A stretch of DNA of 63,916 nucleotides, the filler included, from Octopus bimaculoides (taxonomy: Eukaryota): NCBI RefSeq assembly GCF_001194135.2. It is 6 parts of 6 records of this genome, joined end to end, with 100 filler letters (N's around TTAATTAATTAA, not from the genome) between each part and the next. Parts side by side here need not be neighbours in the genome. Positions count along the whole stretch, not along the records: positions 47,943 to 60,440 come from NC_068989.1; positions 60,541 to 62,702 come from NW_026314656.1; positions 62,803 to 63,916 come from NW_026393013.1; 3 more parts are not named here. One strand, 5' to 3'. Of the stretch, positions 52,795-63,916 are shown piece by piece (position 1 is the stretch's first letter; each line of letters begins with the position of its first letter). The translations under genes were made by a program, and so were the position numbers. The notes beneath the pieces were generated by a model, which was not told the DNA's origin, did not search any database, and saw only the letters and a program-made list of their open reading frames with translations.

Positions 52795-53410
52795 GTGTGA
52801 TTTTAGCTTTGTATTTGTACAAGTTAACTCCAAGTCTCACCCAGAGACCTTAAGAGACAAGTTAGAAGTTCATGTTGGTGTTATGCCTAGGGTGTCAAAT
52901 ATTTGGTTTTGCACATAGTATTATTCTAGAGAATGTTTAAGAAAACAAGAAAATTATGAGTTTGTTTTAAAATTTGAGATTACATAGACAGTATTTTACG
53001 TAGGATGTGGGCAGTTCCCATGAGCACTATTTTTTAAATTTCTGCCATTTTAGGGTTTCCTGATATTTGAGCTAGGTAGCAATCGGTCTCTTTTGCTATC
53101 ATTCATAGGGCACCTATGACAACAGGCAGTGTTTTAGTCTTGAGGTTCCACATTTTGCCAATTTCTATTTCAAGATCTTTATACTTGCTCAGTTTCTGGT
53201 AGGTCTTGACAAATACATTTATGCCGATTGGGACAGTTATATCAATGAGAAGGCATGATCTTTGTCTGAAGTCTTTCAATATAATGTCTGGCCTATTCGC
53301 ATCTATCTTTCTGTCAGTTTGAATGGTGAAGTTCCAGAGGAGTGAGATGTGATCATTTTCAAGTACTTGAAGTGATTTGTGTTCCCATCAGTTTTTATCA
53401 TGGGGTAAAA
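52795..53410 (-). mobile_element. Dong/R4-like LINE 3' end
   Basis: Same family as 43160-43725: IQTDRKIDANRPDIILKDFRQRSCLLIDITVP...KLSKYKDLEIEIGKMWNLKT. Confidence 0.88.
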
Positions 53411-53419
53411 ATATACGAA

Positions 53420-53962
53420 GCCCTGTATACCCATCATGAATACCCGTCTGATAAGGATACACCAGGCACATGCATCACAACCATATATGTGCGACATAGT
53501 GATCTCATATCAAGATAAACAGCGCATGACCTTGCAGGTGGGGCCCANNNNNNNNNNTAAACAGCGCATGACCTTGCAGGTGGGGCCCAGTTAGAAATTT
53601 CTCCAGGTCGAATAGCCCATCCTGCTCAAAAGGTCCCTGAATAAGGGTTGCTTAAGGATGTTGAGATAAACACTCATGTTTCCAGAGGTCAATTATTCAG
53701 ACCCCAAAGAATTACTCTCAATACATGGCTATGATGCTCCTCCACTACTTCTGCCTGTGATCAGAGATGCACATATCGTCAGCCACTAAGAGACATGCGC
53801 AATTGGTTAAGGTCAAGCAACTGACAAGCAAATCTGTGGTAGTGAGCAGAATATTTGTTGTAGCCCGTCTTTTATACCAAGACAAAGCAATGTACATCAT
53901 AACACTTCCAATCAGTTAGGATCAGGAGCCATGAGAACCACTGCCTGTTACTGCATCAGGGC

Positions 53963-54040
<78 letters not shown>
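53420..54040 (+). repeat. Unclassified interspersed repeat ending in (ATT)n
   Basis: GC-elevated non-coding block with a microsatellite tail and an assembly duplication at 53548; family not identified. Confidence 0.35.
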
Positions 54041-54270
54041 TTTTGTTCATCATGTACAAGTTCGTGTGCATTCATCATTATTTTATTTATTTGATTTAAT
54101 TTTAGAAAATTTGAAGCATGTTTTTGACTATTCCGGATCTTATTGCACTTATTTTGTGTGTGGCTTTTGGCCTACACTGTACAACATAGTTGCATGCCCT
54201 ACAATATCATGAGAACCAAATCATCATCGTTTATTTGTATATTTGTTATTTCATTCCATTTTGATTATAG

Positions 54271-54318
54271 GTAGTGAAAGTATGTCTCGAAGCAGGATCA
54301 CGGATTGATACGAAACAG
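54271..54318 (+). CDS. TRPA1: TRPA1-like channel, short exon C
   Basis: TTATAG acceptor and CAG|GTGAGA donor; 48 nt, phase 0-0. VVKVCLEAGSRIDTKQ corresponds to TRPA1 MIKMCLDNGAQID. Confidence 0.8.
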
Positions 54319-54416
54319 GTGAGAAGTTTGTTACATTTATTTATTTTTTGTTGTTGTTTTTATTGTAGTAGTAGTAGTAGTAGTAGTTGCTGCTGTTGCT
54401 GTTGTTGTCGCTGTTT

Positions 54417-54455
<39 letters not shown>

Positions 54456-54500
54456 TTGTTGTTATTGTTGCTGCTGCTGCTGCTGCTAATAGCAGAAGTA

Positions 54501-55333
54501 GCGGATCTTTTTTAAAACGGGGGCCACATTTTTCATTAACGAAACACTGGTAGAATGTGTCATTTAAAACATCCTTTTCTCTTAGTCTTCTTAAAAAAAA
54601 AAGAAATCCATAAATTATTCCATGTTAAAGTTGTCGTATTTCTGTAATTTCAACCAATCACTGACGTCCATTCAGCCGATATACATTAAATGCCGACTAC
54701 ATAAACAAACGATTCTGAAACAATTANNNNNNNNNNNNNNNNNNNNNNNNNNNNNNNNNNNNNNNNNNNNNNNNNNNNNNNNNNNNNNNNNNNNNNNNNN
54801 NNNNNNNNNNNNNNNNNNNNNNNNNNNNNNNNNNNNNNNNNNNNNNNNNNNNNNNNNNNNNNNNNNNNNNNNNNNNNNNNNNNNNNNNNNNNNNNNNNNN
54901 NNNNNNNNNNNNNNNNNNNNNNNNNNNNNNNNNNNNNNNNNNNNNNNNNNNNNNNNNNNNNNNNNNNNNNNNNNNNNNNNNNNNNNNNNNNNNNNNNNNN
55001 NNNNNNNNNNNNNNNNNNNNNNNNNNNNNNGTTAGGGTTAAAGCAAATTTAAAATGAAAAAAGCAAATAAAACGAAGGTATGGAGATTAAATACGCTTTA
55101 CATCGCTTAATGAGCCAAAGGAGTAAATGTAAACAACTGAATACTTGCCAGTGATTGGTTGAAATTATCGAAATAAGACAATTTTTTACATGAAATAAAT
55201 TCGAATACAAAAATATTTTTCTGTTCTATAACACAAAATAGATAAGTATACGAAGTTTGAAAGTCTTTCGGTACCAAAAACACTACGTAAAACATTAATG
55301 AAAAATGTGGCCCCCCTTTTAAAAAAGATCCGC
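54501..55333. mobile_element. MITE-like foldback element
   Basis: Terminal IR of about 40 bp GCGGATCTTTTTTAAAA.GGGGGCCACATTTTTCATTAA; second IR block 54611-54675 versus 55137-55200; flanked by direct AGTA. Confidence 0.75.
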
Positions 55334-55502
55334 AGTAGCAGTAGCCGCCGCCGCAATAGTGGTATATTGAACAACAAAAGTAGTGAATTTTTTTCGGTTA
55401 CATCCAAAGTTTATCAAAATAGATATATCAGTCAAAAGAAGAAAAAAACAGTCTAAAACACGATATAGTATAAATTATAAAAATGATTTTCATCTCCTTC
55501 AG

Positions 55503-55691
55503 GATGACCTTTATAATCCACTTCATCTGGCCAGCGCTCAAGGTAATTTAGACATGGTCACATTGATGTCAGAACTCCAAGAGGAAAGTTTCATGAAAGC
55601 TTTACGTCAGAAAGACATTTTAGAAATGACGCCTCTTCATAGAGCTACTTTATTTAATCACGGCCACATCATCGAATTTCTGATATCAAAG
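55503..55691 (+). CDS. TRPA1: TRPA1-like channel, ankyrin exon D
   Basis: CTCCTTCAG acceptor and AAG|GTAAGA donor; 63 codons. NPLHLASAQG...MTPLHRATLFNHGHIIEFLISK corresponds to TRPA1 ...LHRASLFDH..LADYLIS. Confidence 0.9.
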
Positions 55692-55743
55692 GTAAGAAAC
55701 AAATGCAATATGATTATAATATAATATAATATAATATAATATA

Positions 55744-55971
55744 TTGTGTTGTCCGGAAAGTTCGTGCCGCTTTATAGTAGCTTACCTTTCGACTTATTTG
55801 CCATGAAACCACCTCAATTCTAGGAAGAGAGTATTTTCAAGTTAAAGCAAAGATGGAGACGCATTGTGCAACAAAATGGTTCATATTTGGTTGATTAAAA
55901 ATGTAATGGCAAGTATTTATTGACCTTTTTCTTTCCTTTAAAAATCGGCACGAACTTTCCGGACAACCCAA
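55744..55971 (+). mobile_element. Mariner-derived MITE, 228 bp
   Basis: TIR TTG(T/G)GTTGTCCGGAAAGTTCGTGCCG at both ends, TA flanks, and transposase tail IFKLKQRWRRIVQQNGSYLVD. Confidence 0.88.
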
Positions 55972-56550
55972 TAATATAATATAATATAATATAATATATT
56001 GTGTTGTCCGGAAAGTTCGTGCCGCTNNNNNNNNNNNNNNNNNNNNNNNNNNNNNNNNNNNNNNNNNNNNNNNNNNNNNNNNNNNNNNNNNNNNNNNNNN
56101 NNNNNNNNNNNNNNNNNNNNNNNNNNNNNNNNNNNNNNNNNNNNNNNNNNNNNNNNNNNNNNNNNNNNNNNNNNNNNNNNNNNNNNNNNNNNNNNNNNNN
56201 NNNNNNNNNNNNNNNNNNNNNNNNNNNNNNNNNNNNNNNNNNNNNNNNNNNNNNNNNNNNNNNNNNNNNNNNNNNNNNNNNNNNNNNNNNNNNNNNNNNN
56301 NNNNNNNNNNNNNNNNNNNNNNNNNNNNNNNNNNNNNNNNNNNNNNNNNNNNNNNNNNNNNNNNNNNNNNNNNNNNNNNNNNNNNNNNNNNNNNNNNNNN
56401 NNNNNNNNNNNNNNNNNNNNNNNNNNNNNNNNNNNNNNNNNNNNNNNNNNNNNNNNNNNNNNNNNNNNNNNNNNNNNNNNNNNNNNNNNNNNNNNNNNNN
56501 NNNNNNNNNNNNNNNNNNNNNNNNNNNNNNNNNNNNNNNNNNNNNNNNNT

Positions 56551-57985
56551 GTAGATATGTACAACAGTATTTTCGGGGAAGCTGTGTTGCTGTGTTGAAC
56601 TTTTCTTAAGGTTATTATGTCAATTTGTGTTGCACGTCTGATTCCATTCTCTGAGTTGAACTGGGTAGTGTCTGTCAATCAGGGTGTTTTTGAGTTCTTG
56701 CTGTCTAAGGTCTCTAGTATTTTTTTTTACACTATTGTACATATCATTCTTGCAAGGTTGAAGGAGATGTTTGTTTGGTAGTCTTGGGTGGCATGAATTA
56801 AATAATAGATATTGTTTGGCGTCTGTGGTTTTGTAGAATATGTCTGTTTCTATTTTTAGGTTTATTTTTTAAATTAGTATATCCAAGAATGGGAGCTCCT
56901 TTTGGTTGTATTCCATTGTGAACTGTGTATTTGGGTTGACGCTGTTCAATAGTCTTTTGAATTTCAGGAGTTTGTCTGTGTTTTCATTCCAGAGGATGAA
57001 ACAGTCGTCTAGGAATCTTTTCCGATTTTCTATGTATTGGGAAAGAGGATTTCTAAAGGTAGATAAAGATTCCTGCTATATTATTATTTCCAGATAGCCC
57101 ATTGTTAGGTTCGCAATGACCGGGGATGCCTTAATGCCCATGGCAATTCTGGAATTTTGTCGATAGAACGTGTTCTCAAACATGAAGTGGTTGTTTGGTT
57201 GGATGAATTCAACCGATTCAATTATGAATTCTTTGCTGATCCTTTCGGTATTTTTTCGGATATTGGTCCAGCCAGAACTGAATTGCCTCTACCCCATAAT
57301 TGTGAGGTATACTGGTATATAAATTAATCGCATCAAATGAAACCATGATTGTTTCTTCCTTGAATTTTTGGGGAGGTGATTTAATATGTCCAGGTCATCT
57401 CTGATATGGCTATTGATGTGGTTAAGGAGTGGTTTTAGGAGGATGTCCATAAATATATTTATTCTGCTTCCTTAATCGTTATATCTTCATTATTTTGAAG
57501 TTCTATTAGTTCCTTCCATTGTGTAGTGCTACAGTTTGAGGTAATTTTCTCTTTATGCATAGGCTGGTAGGGAAAGTTCTCAATGTAGTTGCAGAATTCA
57601 TCAAGATTTTAATTTCTTCCTTTGTTGGAGATGTGTTCACTTTTGTTTTTGACAAGTGAGTCATCTTCAGTATTGTAATTGGTTAATGCTTCTGTGAGTC
57701 TTAATTTTCTACAGAATTCTATTATACTGTCCTTCATTTCCTTTTGGTTGGCTTTGCGTGGTGTTGGAGGGAATTTTAACGCTTTTCAGACAATGCCTAT
57801 CTTTGTGCTTGAAAGAGGTTTAGTTGAGAGATTAATTATCTTCGGTTTTTCCTGATCACCAGGTTCCAACGAGTGTCCTGGTGTCTCTGGTCTGGGGCTA
57901 AAAAATGTTGGTTGCAGTTTTGTTTGCATGAGCTGTCTGTGAGGTTGTATGGGATTGGTCCGGGGGAATGGTGATATTGTTACCT
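56551..57985 (-). mobile_element. Penelope-like element, reverse-transcriptase remnant
   Basis: NNHFMFENTFYRQ..RIAMGIKASPVIANLTMGYLE...LNSVNPNTQFTMEYNQKELPFLD...TDAKQYLLFNSCHP. The FTME...LPFLD and H.SCHP motifs are typical of PLE RTs. Confidence 0.8.
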
Positions 57986-58294
57986 CAGATTGTTATGTGT
58001 GTGGGGGTATCTATGGATGTTTTGGTTAGTGATGCGTGTCACATTTCTGTGGAATTTCGTGTATGCAGGGATGCATATATATAACATATGTATATATACA
58101 AATATCATACACACACACGCACACACACGTGCACGTACACGTGCACACACACACACACATACACACACATACGCACACACATGTATAGGCTTTGTTTTTT
58201 TGTTGTCTAAGTGAATTAAAAAAAATGTGCATTCTGTTCAACTAATATCATTGTTTATTCCTTGTGGCCACGATTACCTTATTTCTAATTTCAG

Positions 58295-58470
58295 GGAGCT
58301 GATCTTGAAATAGGAGATATATATCAGAGGACACCTTTGCTGCTTGCTGCCAGCAAGGGCAGCCATGAGTCCGGAAAGTTGTTGTGCAAAGCAGGCGCGA
58401 ATCCTCTGGCAAAAGACATTAACTGCCGAAATGTTCTTCACTTAGCTATAAAAGGAGGGGCGGTGGCATC
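58295..58470 (+). CDS. TRPA1: TRPA1-like channel, ankyrin exon E (3' end in a gap)
   Basis: TTTCAG acceptor, phase 0. GADLEIGDIYQRTPLLLAASKGSHESGKLLCKAGANPLAKDINCRNVLHLAI corresponds to TRPA1 GADIN..D..GRSPL.LA.....W.IV.LLL..GA....KD..GRNFLHL. Confidence 0.88.
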
Positions 58471-58936
58471 NNNNNNNNNNNNNNNNNNNNNNNNNNNNNN
58501 NNNNNNNNNNNNNNNNNNNNNNNNNNNNNNNNNNNNNNNNNNNNNNNNNNNNNNNNNNNNNNNNNNNNNNNNNNNNNNNNNNNNNNNNNNNNNNNNNNNN
58601 NNNNNNNNNNNNNNNNNNNNNNNNNNNNNNNNNNNNNNNNNNNNNNNNNNNNNNNNNNNNNNNNNNNNNNNNNNNNNNNNNNNNNNNNNNNNNNNNNNNN
58701 NNNNNNNNNNNNNNNNNNNNNNNNNNNNNNNNNNNNNNNNNNNNNNNNNNNNNNNNNNNNNNNNNNNNNNNNNNNNNNNNNNNNNNNNNNNNNNNNNNNN
58801 NNNNNNNNNNNNNNNNNNNNNNNNNNNNNNNNNNNNNNNNNNNNNNNNNNNNNNNNNNNNNNNNNNNNNNNNNNNNNNNNNNNNNNNNNNNNNNNNNNNN
58901 NNNNNNNNNNNNNNNNNNNNNNNNNNNNNNNNNNNN

Positions 58937-58971
<35 letters not shown>

Positions 58972-59571
58972 GCTTGTTTATTGTACAGCCGTAAGGCATT
59001 TTCTATTGTGTATGTATCACTCCTTGCCTGTTATATCCTGCCATTATTTCTTATTGTACACGCAATGTTATTTTGTCCTGTTCTCGCACACATTCGTCAG
59101 CTTTTTCTTGTAGCCCTATGCTCTGGCGCTCTCTTTAGATAACAGTGGTTTTGGTTTAAATACCGTGAAACTACTATGACATCTCGGCTACTAACTGATG
59201 AGAGTCAGATGCGAATGTTCCTGGTATCGTGTTTTTATCTCCCTTTTCTGTCCGTTATGTTTTCGCTCAGTTTTCGTTTATTTTTCCCTGTCCCAGCATG
59301 ACCGCAGCTTTGAAGCTGAAACAATTTAAAGAATTAAAGAATTTAAAGAAATACACGCAGACAGACAGACAGACAGACAGACAGACTCTTCTAACTTTAT
59401 AAAAAGGCAAGCTTTCAAGCGACTTGAAACATGTAGACAGCAGTCTACGCTTCTGGACAATTCGAACATATATTATTATGAACCTGTCCCACTGAACGTT
59501 AAACCGTGCGGTAGTTTATAAGCTATAGTTTAATTGAAACTTGCAGGGATTTTTGCCATATATGGTCAAGC

Positions 59572-59985
59572 ACAGGCATGGTGGTGTGGTTAAGAAGTTT
59601 GCATTTCAGAGACGTGATTTTCGGCTCAGTTCCACTGCATGACATCTTGGGTAGGTGTCATCTATTATAGCTCCGGCTCGACCAAAGCCTTGCGAGTGAA
59701 TTTGGCTGGCGGAAGCTGAAAGAAGCTCACTGTATGTTTATGTATACGTATGTACGTATGTGGATACGTGTGTGTATCTTTGTATTTGTGTTTTCTTTCC
59801 TGTTTCTCCCTCTACTGTTTGAGAACCAGCGTTTGATTGTCCACATCCTCATAACTTAGCGGATTTGTATGGGAGGTCGATAGAACAAGTAATACAATCA
59901 AAATAAGTAGGGGAAAAAATTGACTATACTTACAAGACGGTGCTCCAGAATAGCCACAGTCCAATGGCCGAATCTAGTAAGCCCG
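59572..59985 (+). mobile_element. SINE family A, diverged
   Basis: GGCATGGTGGTGTGGTTAAG head, family body and tail. Confidence 0.75.
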
Positions 59986-60138
59986 ATAAAGCAGAAAAGC
60001 ATCAGGCGTTCTCACTAGTTGCTGCAATAGCGCATTTCGTCTCCCTCCAATATATTGTTTTGAACAGAGCACGTCCGTAAGAGATATTATCTCAGACCTG
60101 CTTTTCACCGATTAAATATGATATATAGGAGGCTTTAA

Positions 60139-60182
<44 letters not shown>

Positions 60183-60187
<5 letters not shown>

Positions 60188-60440
60188 GTTCAGTAGTTTT
60201 ATTTTTATAACGTGCTTTCACTTCACTACCGAGCGCAGCACTGTGTGCCTTAGGTGTGTGCTGTGGTTTGCTGTGATGCTCTTATGGTTACTGTATTGAA
60301 AGTGTTTTGCGTAGAATGTGTGCAGTACCCAGTAGTGCAATTTTCTGTATGTTATATATATTTGTAAGTCCTGGTATTTTTGTTATGTATTTGTCTGAAT
60401 ATTTTTTTATTATACCTAAGGCACCTACTATGATAGGAAT
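60183..60440 (-). mobile_element. Dong/R4-like LINE 3' end, young
   Basis: Nearly identical reverse complement of 47979-48235. Confidence 0.9.
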
Positions 60441-60540
60441 NNNNNNNNNNNNNNNNNNNNNNNNNNNNNNNNNNNNNNNNNNNNTTAATTAATTAANNNN
60501 NNNNNNNNNNNNNNNNNNNNNNNNNNNNNNNNNNNNNNNN
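60441..60540. other. Artificial scaffolding spacer
   Basis: 44N-TTAATTAATTAA-44N. Confidence 0.95.
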
Positions 60541-60543
60541 ATA

Positions 60544-60579
<36 letters not shown>

Positions 60580-60589
60580 CATATATACA

Positions 60590-60960
60590 CCTCACCCTCT
60601 CCCTCATATACTTTTCATTTTCCCCCTCTTCTCAGTTCTTTTCTCCCTTCCTCTCACATCCTTCATCCTTTCTTGTTTCTCCTTCAGTCTATCTCTCTTT
60701 CTTTTCCTATCCTCTCCCTCTCTCTGTCTCTCTTTCTTCTCCCATCCTCTCCTTCCCTGTTTCTCTCCTCCTCTCCTCTCTTTCACTCTGTCTCTCTTTC
60801 TCTCCCCTTCCTCTACCTCCCCACACTCCCTCTCTTCCTCATATATCCCTCTCTCTTTCCTTCATATCTCCCGCTTTCTTTCCCTATTCCCCCCTCTGTG
60901 TTTCTTCTTTTCTACCTGGCGCTATCTTTCACTTCCTCTCTATCCTCTACTCCCCTTCTG
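60590..60960. repeat. Polypyrimidine (CT-rich) low-complexity tract
   Basis: About 370 nt almost entirely C/T on the + strand. Confidence 0.85.
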
Positions 60961-60976
60961 GGCTTAAAAAACGAAG

Positions 60977-61934
60977 ATGGCACCAAAGTGGGAGAAGAAA
61001 GAATTAAATCTTCTGTTGCGAGCATGGATGATTTCTAGTGGCGATCCCCCAAACAACATCATCACTGCTGCACTGAAGAATAATGGCTTTCACAGAACCA
61101 CTGATCAGATAGAGCGGATGAAAAATGAATTCCTCCGATCTTATATGCTCATCAGACCACACATCGACACGCTGGATGTCATAATCGAAAACCATTGCGG
61201 AAAGGCTGATAAGGATGGAAAAAATGAAAAGGAAAAAACACCTGGAAGTCTCTTTGATCCAGTGGCTCCTCCAAAGAATGGATCACTCACCACTGTGAAC
61301 GACCAGGCAGAAAAGGATAGTGGAGCCAAGGAAGCAGCAAATAGAAGCCCCTCTGTGACAGTGGTCCTACAAAGGAAAGGAGCCCTCACCCCAATGGATA
61401 ACCAGAGGAAAACAGTACCCACCACAAGAAAAGGAAGAACGGAACACAATTATAAAGAAGTAAAAGGAAAATGTAAAAACTGAAACCCCATTCCACCAAG
61501 CAAAAAGTAGAAAATCCCAAGGTGGATCCAATGCCATCCAAGACCCTACAGGAAAGAAGAAATTTAGAAGGCACTCAAGAACCTGCAAATCTTACCTGCA
61601 AGGTAAATGTTGGCAAGGGGAAGACGGCAAAATCTGCCAGTTTGCCCACCCGACACCCCGCCAAAACTACAAAGGCCTAAATGATAAAAACTTCCCTGAG
61701 GAAAGACAACAGATGTCCCCAAGGAAAAAATTCACTTCAGAAATTATACGCAACCCAGCAGCTGAGCAAGAGTCTTTTTTGTACATGGCGCAAAAGATTG
61801 TGCAGCAGCTGACGTGGCTACACCAAGCACAGACAAGGAACCTTGCCCATCACTGTGCAAGATCACCACAGTCAACAGACATGGGATGGCCTCCCCTAAT
61901 GCCTGCACAGGCATCACGCCAATATTTTTACTAA
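60977..61934 (+). pseudogene. LINE ORF1-like region with one frameshift near 61460
   Basis: ATG at 60977. After the shift the frame is open from 61464 to 61934 and contains CKSYLQGKCWQGEDGKICQFAHP (CCCH finger). Lies directly upstream of an APE ORF2. Confidence 0.65.
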
Positions 61935-62702
61935 ATATTGGGGGCCTGTTGCATTATAATAATTAAAGCAAAATTTCTTTCCTGAGAGACCTTGCTGCAT
62001 GCAATCAAGCCCTATGCATAGCACTAGTGGAAACTCACCTCAGCCCTGATATAGAGGATGCAGAAGTACACGCACCAAAATATGTCATACTGCGAACAGA
62101 CAGAAGGGAAAGGAGCCATGGTGAAGTTGCTGTATACATCCGTGACGACATCACACTCCAGGTCTTACTGTCATACTCAAATTCGGTATGTGACACCCTA
62201 ATTGTATACATAAGACAACATAATATAGTCATATGCAATACATATTGCCCACCGGATGCTCCAAACCACATAGGCAAATTTGAAGATTGCCTCACTAGAA
62301 TTAAAGAAATCCTCATGAAACTGGAACACCATGTGACCATATTTCTTATGGGTGATTTCAACTTCCCCAACATCAAATGGCCCGAAGGTCTCATACTCTC
62401 AGGAATGACTTATCGCAAGCAAGCAAGCACAGGTGGAATGCCTGCTCAACCTCACCAATGTCCTATTCATGGGGCAACCTGTTCTCAGACCAACTACAGC
62501 GAATAACATTCTAGATCTCTACTTCACGAACAATATGGACATCATTCATGATGTGAAAGTGACGCCGACATTAGTCTCGGATCACAACATAACAGAGTTG
62601 TCTATGTTTGGGCCGAAACTAACCAGAGACATACAGCCTAAGGGAAGAACCCGAAATCTCTTCAATCTGAACTTCCACAAAGCAGACTGGAAATCGATCC
62701 AG
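61907..62702 (+). mobile_element. LINE ORF2 apurinic endonuclease (APE) domain, disrupted
   Basis: LLNIGGL...IALVETHL...RTDRRERSHGEVAVYI...YCPP...LMGDFNFPNIKW...QPVLRPTTANNILDLYFTN...SDHN...NFHKADW, canonical APE motifs (CR1/L2/Jockey-like group). Confidence 0.9.
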
Positions 62703-62802
62703 NNNNNNNNNNNNNNNNNNNNNNNNNNNNNNNNNNNNNNNNNNNNTTAATTAATTAANNNNNNNNNNNNNNNNNNNNNNNNNNNNNNNNNNNNNNNNNN
62801 NN
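62703..62802. other. Artificial scaffolding spacer
   Basis: 44N-TTAATTAATTAA-44N. Confidence 0.95.
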
Positions 62803-63559
62803 TGGTAGCCTCTTCGTTTACACCCTTTAAATCCCACTTCAACTCAACAAAAACACTATCACACACCCCACACACACACTCACACACATGCAGAGCCACC
62901 TTTGAAAGTGTCAGTCTTTAAGGGGTTATGTTCGTCCACCACTGTTAGGCCTTCATTGCTGCACCTTCTCTGTGTGTTTTGTAGATAAAGTTTCCTTTCG
63001 ATCTTCTCAGCAGAACTTTTTGGCAGACACTTTATTCACGTTGATTGAAGCAATGACAAATAAAGGGTCTTCAATGTACCTGAAAATTGAAGGAAAAGAT
63101 GATGGATAATGAAACGAATAATGCATGGCAAATTGAATGCAATTTAATAAATGATAATATACATGTGTTAAGTTGTAATCCTCTAAGCCCTCTAACCACT
63201 AAGCTACACACCTGCACTTGTAGGTATCTCCTGGTAGTTTTGTCTCTTGCATGTGAGATATCTCTGTGGGTTTAAGTGTAGCGGGTCAGTTGNNNNNNNN
63301 NNCCTGGTAGTTTTGTCTCTTGCATGTGAGATATCTCTGTGGGTTTAAGTGTAGCGGGTCAGTTGTCTGATGTTCCATGGGGTTTGCTGCTAAGAAATCA
63401 GTTAGGGTTTGGCAGTCTTTTATTTTGGAACCAGTTTTCTTGGTGATTTATCCAGGGTTGAAATAGTTGCCTGGCAATGTCTGGGGGACAACAGATTAGA
63501 TGTTGGTTGATTATCCTGTTATGTTGTTATTTTATAGGTGTGTGGCTCCTGGTTAGGAG

Positions 63560-63916
63560 ATTCAGCTCATAATTGTAAGGATGAGGGTTGGGTTCCCAGT
63601 GGCATATTGTATCCTTCAGCAAGACACTCTATTCCACTTTACTTCAGCTCACTCAGCTGGCAGAAATGAGTCATACCTGTAATTCAGTGGACCAGCTTAT
63701 CATGTTCTGTGTTCTGTGTTGGATTTCCCTGAGAACTACATCGATCGTATGCATGTCAGTCCCATCTTGTCTTCTACTATAGTCTCAGGTTAAGCAAATC
63801 CTTGGGAATGGATTTGGTAGAAAGAAACTGGAAGAAGCACATCACATATATGTGTGTGTGTGTGTGTGTGTGTTTGTCCCCCCACCATTCCTTGACAGCC
63901 AATGCTGGTGTGTTTG
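63560..63916 (+). mobile_element. Decayed SINE fragments (families C/D and A)
   Basis: GTATCCTTCAGCAAGACACT...CCCTGAGAACTAC, then GGATTTGGTAGAAAGAAACTGGAAGAAGC...(TG)n TTTGTCCCCC. Confidence 0.55.

Overview
AT-rich, microsatellite- and transposon-dense animal DNA. The SINE/LINE complement suggests an octopus-like cephalopod (inference). The window is not one contig: five identical 100-bp spacers (44N-TTAATTAATTAA-44N) split it into six segments whose order and orientation cannot be verified here. Two genes are well supported. The first is the last two coding exons of a RIB43A/RIBC2-like ciliary protein (+, 1603-1830 and 8365-8613). The second is five in-frame ankyrin-repeat exons of a TRPA1-like channel (+, 48278-58470, about 206 aa, incomplete at both ends). 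A tentative third gene on the minus strand is suggested by five phase-compatible exons (26461 down to 21491). The rest is tRNA-derived SINEs, RTE, Dong/R4-like, Tx1, Penelope-like and APE-type LINE remnants, Tc1/mariner, hAT and MITE remnants, simple repeats and N gaps. No tRNA, rRNA or CRISPR locus was seen, and I cannot claim a new biological system. The best leads are inverted-repeat structures around the TRPA1 exons, a hairpin array in an RTE 3' UTR, a LINE ORF1 with Myb/SANT-like plus CCCH motifs, and the hidden minus-strand gene. Mobile-element boundaries are approximate, and protein family assignments come from recalled motifs, not from database searches.
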